Shown one piece after another: positions 61,036 to 64,000 of a stretch of DNA of 64,000 nt. Position 1 is the stretch's first letter; every line of letters starts with the position of its first letter. A model generated the notes under the pieces. The model was not told the DNA's origin, made no database searches, and saw only the letters and a list, made by a program, of their open reading frames with translations. The stretch comes from Eledone cirrhosa (Eukaryota), in the NCBI GenBank assembly GCA_964016885.1, contig OZ024760.1:18910001-18974000 (forward strand), read 5' to 3'. The position numbers were made by a program, and so were the translations under genes.

Positions 61036-61540
61036 TAAGGGCGGTGGATTGGCAGTATCGGTAGAGAGGCGGATGCTATGCTTTGACGCATAGAGTTACG
61101 GCCCTTGCCATTCTGAGTTCAAATCTCGCCGAGGTTAACTTTGCCTTTCATCCTTACGTGGTCGATAAAATAAAGTACCAGTAATACACTGTGTTAATTG
61201 CTGGCCTTGTGCCAAAAGTAGAAACAATTATATATGGTATCATTGTCTTCGATTTCGTCGGCGTCGTTGTTGTTGTTGTTGTTGTTGTTGCTGTTGCTGT
61301 TGTTGTTGTAAACAAATAATGTTATATTTGTAATGAGAATATTTGTATAAATATTGTTGTATCCAAATCTAAGTTTCCATTATATTTATTATAGTTAATA
61401 TATTTATTACATATAATGTATTTATTACAAATATTATATTACAACGTAAATGGCCAAACGGACACTTGCTTGTACGCATGTATACAATTCTCGTTATAAA
61501 TCTTTCGGCGCTTAAAACAGAACATCGATCCGTAGCGCAC

Positions 61541-61593
<53 letters not shown>

Positions 61594-61629
61594 ATTAATA
61601 AATGGAAACTATATTTATAAAACCATATT

Positions 61630-61693
61630 TATTTCATTATACATATTTCAGGGATACCAAATTAAATTATGGTATGCCTTCATCAGACAAAAT
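61630..61693 (-). ncRNA. Type I hammerhead (H1-related)
   Basis: AUUUUGU CUGAUGA AGGCAUACCA..UGGUAUCCCU GAAA UAUGUA UA^AUGAAAU. Confidence 0.75.
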
Positions 61694-61850
61694 GCAATAT
61701 ATAACAGTTTTACAAGTAAGCTTTGACGTACCCTTTTAAAATGCGACCATTATTTTTGGAGGCCATCTGGATAAATGGTTAAGATTTAATCAAGGTAGTA
61801 CCTTGATTAAATCTGAACCATTTAACATCTCAGGGTATGTCATGTATCAT

Positions 61851-61909
61851 TATATTTTGTCTGATGAGGACGTACTGTTGTACATCTGAAATATGTATAA
61901 TAAAATGTA
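61851..61909 (+). ncRNA. Type I hammerhead (H1-related)
   Basis: UAUAUUUUGU CUGAUGA GGACGUAC UGUU GUACAUCU GAAA UAUGUA UA^AUAAAAUGUA. Confidence 0.8.
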
Positions 61910-62164
61910 ATTGATAAAAAGAACATCTATTTTATTAATATTTGTATTTTAATATTAATAACTCTGGAAAATTATTATCCGTAGAGTGCTTCCAATCTAC
62001 TGTGAAAACTCATTCTTTGATATACTCATTGAATCTTGTTTAACTCTTTAATATATATATATATATATATATCAATATATATAGATATATATATAGTGGT
62101 GGAACACTGGACGGTAATATCCGTAGTGGTAGAGCACTCAGTCCATGGGACTAGTTAGGTAGAA

Positions 62165-62426
62165 GTGGTTACACAACAGTTAGTTCACCATACCGAGAAC
62201 AATTGTTTCACCTTAGCGGATCCTCAGATCGGAATGCCGCCGACCTTAAGGTAGATAAGAAGCTACAATCTCTAGCTAAGCGGGAAGCGTTCCTCACCCT
62301 GAAAGATCACAAGGTAGACTTTACTTCTAACACCACAGGCCTATAACCATGCCCATTCCGAGCTGAGGATCCGCTAAGGTGAAACAATTGTTCTCAGTAT
62401 GGTGAACTAACTGTTGTGTAACCACG
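62165..62426. mobile_element. Penelope-like RT fragment (62237-62353) between inverted hammerhead-bearing arms
   Basis: Translation DLKVDKKLQSLAKREAFLTLKDHKVDFTSN (AFxTLKDHK motif of Penelope-like RTs). Arms read CCGAG CUGAGGA UCC GCUAA GGU GAAAC AAUU GUU^CUC at 62358-62397(+) and 62193-62232(-). Confidence 0.75.
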
Positions 62427-62463
<37 letters not shown>

Positions 62464-62523
62464 CAGGTACAGTGAACTTTTTAACATTTATTTTAAAACT
62501 TTTTCTTATTTGCTAAACCTTGA

Positions 62524-62572
<49 letters not shown>

Positions 62573-63153
62573 GAGATAGATACATAGATAAAAAGATAAA
62601 TAGATATGTTTCTTTATTAGCCACAGGGGCACAAAAGAAGGGGACAAATACAAAGGGGGAAGTTTACATACAATAAAAACGTGTAAAATATTATCACAAA
62701 TGCAATTTAAAAATTAATCGATTTTCCCCAATAGGGGGAGACATTACATATGGGTAACACATACCCACGAAAAAATGTGCAACCCTCATCTCCAGGACTT
62801 CGAAGAGTTTGTACTCCCTTCCTCTCCTCCTCTTTTCCCTCAACCTACAGGCTGATAGACAGACAGATAGTTTGCTAGCTAGCAAGCTTGTTATATACCT
62901 ATGTAACCAGACCAATATCGGATATAATAGTTTGCAATGGAATAAACATGTTTACGTCACGCCGAATCGATGCGGTTCTTGCGAGTCTAGATACGTCAGA
63001 CCTAGTAGGAAGATAGAATTAAAATATTTCACTTTTGCGCCTAAAGCTAAGAAATTGAGAATTTAATTCATGCACGCAAGCATATATAAAACACAGCCAC
63101 GCTCACATGTAAGTATACACACAGAGTCACACATGAATATATACATACACAGA

Positions 63154-63238
<85 letters not shown>

Positions 63239-63283
63239 TTCTCTCTCTCTGTCTCTCTCTCTTTCTCTCTCTCTGTCTCTCTC

Positions 63284-63332
<49 letters not shown>

Positions 63333-63401
63333 ATATATATATTGTATTTATATATACATATACATACACTCACACATACACTTATATATATTTATGTATA
63401 T

Positions 63402-63486
<85 letters not shown>

Positions 63487-63584
63487 CATAAACATACGTT
63501 TCCCTACCATCTGTTACGCAGCAATTTCCCTAATCCTTTTCATCACAGCAAAGTATAACGTAATTTCCGTAATTTACGGTGACA

Positions 63585-63598
63585 GTTGCTATAGCAAC
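63585..63598. promoter_or_regulatory. X-box (RFX binding site)
   Basis: GTTGCTATAGCAAC matches the GTHNYY-AT-RRNAAC consensus, inside the 18-bp palindrome CAGTTGCTATAGCAACTG in unique sequence. Confidence 0.55.
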
Positions 63599-64000
63599 TG
63601 CAGCATGGACGCTAATTACTTTGATGTTACCGCCCTGCCGCTCTGAAACGAAACATTTTAATATCCTTATAACGAATGTTCCGTGTGGTTATTATAACAT
63701 AGCTTGAGGAAATGTTGTTGTTGTTCTCTCTCTGTGGCCGCTTGTGTCGTTGCTGCTGTTGTTGTTGTTGTTCTCGTAGTAGTAGTAGTAATAGTAGTAG
63801 TAGTTGTTGTAGGTAATATTAGTGTGGTGGTGGTGGTGGTAGTGTATTATAACATAGTTTGCAGTTGTTCTCTGTGTTCCCGCTTGTGTCATTGTTGTTG
63901 TTCTTGCAGCAGTAGTAGTAGTGGTTGTCGTAGTAGTAGTAGTGGTTGTCGTAGCAGTAGTAGTAACAGTAGTAGTAGTAGTTGTTGTAAGTGGTAATAT

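Overview
AT-rich, microsatellite-saturated eukaryotic (metazoan) DNA. The SINE and microsatellite content suggests an octopus/cephalopod genome, but that is inference. Almost all ORFs in the supplied track are artefacts of (TA)n/(CA)n/(CT)n repeats, and no host gene can be called with confidence. The non-microsatellite sequence is mostly mobile-element debris: CR1, Ingi/I, RTE, Tx1, R4/Dong and CRE-like LINE fragments, two tRNA-derived SINE families, two Helitron copies and a hAT-like MITE. The main hidden signal is RNA-catalytic. Reading both strands by eye I found at least 20 type I hammerhead ribozyme motifs with an intact CUGANGA...GAAA...NUH core, plus about 8 core variants, in roughly ten unrelated sequence families. 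They sit in short, non-coding, Penelope-like cassettes inserted into (TA)n. Most cassettes are head-to-head inverted pairs with both 3' ends facing outward, and the inversion point often falls in or next to the ribozyme. There are also two HDV-like ribozyme candidates, a 2A (StopGo) peptide in an Ingi-like N-terminal fragment, and a perfect RFX X-box near the window end. All folds were made manually and need covariance-model and biochemical confirmation.
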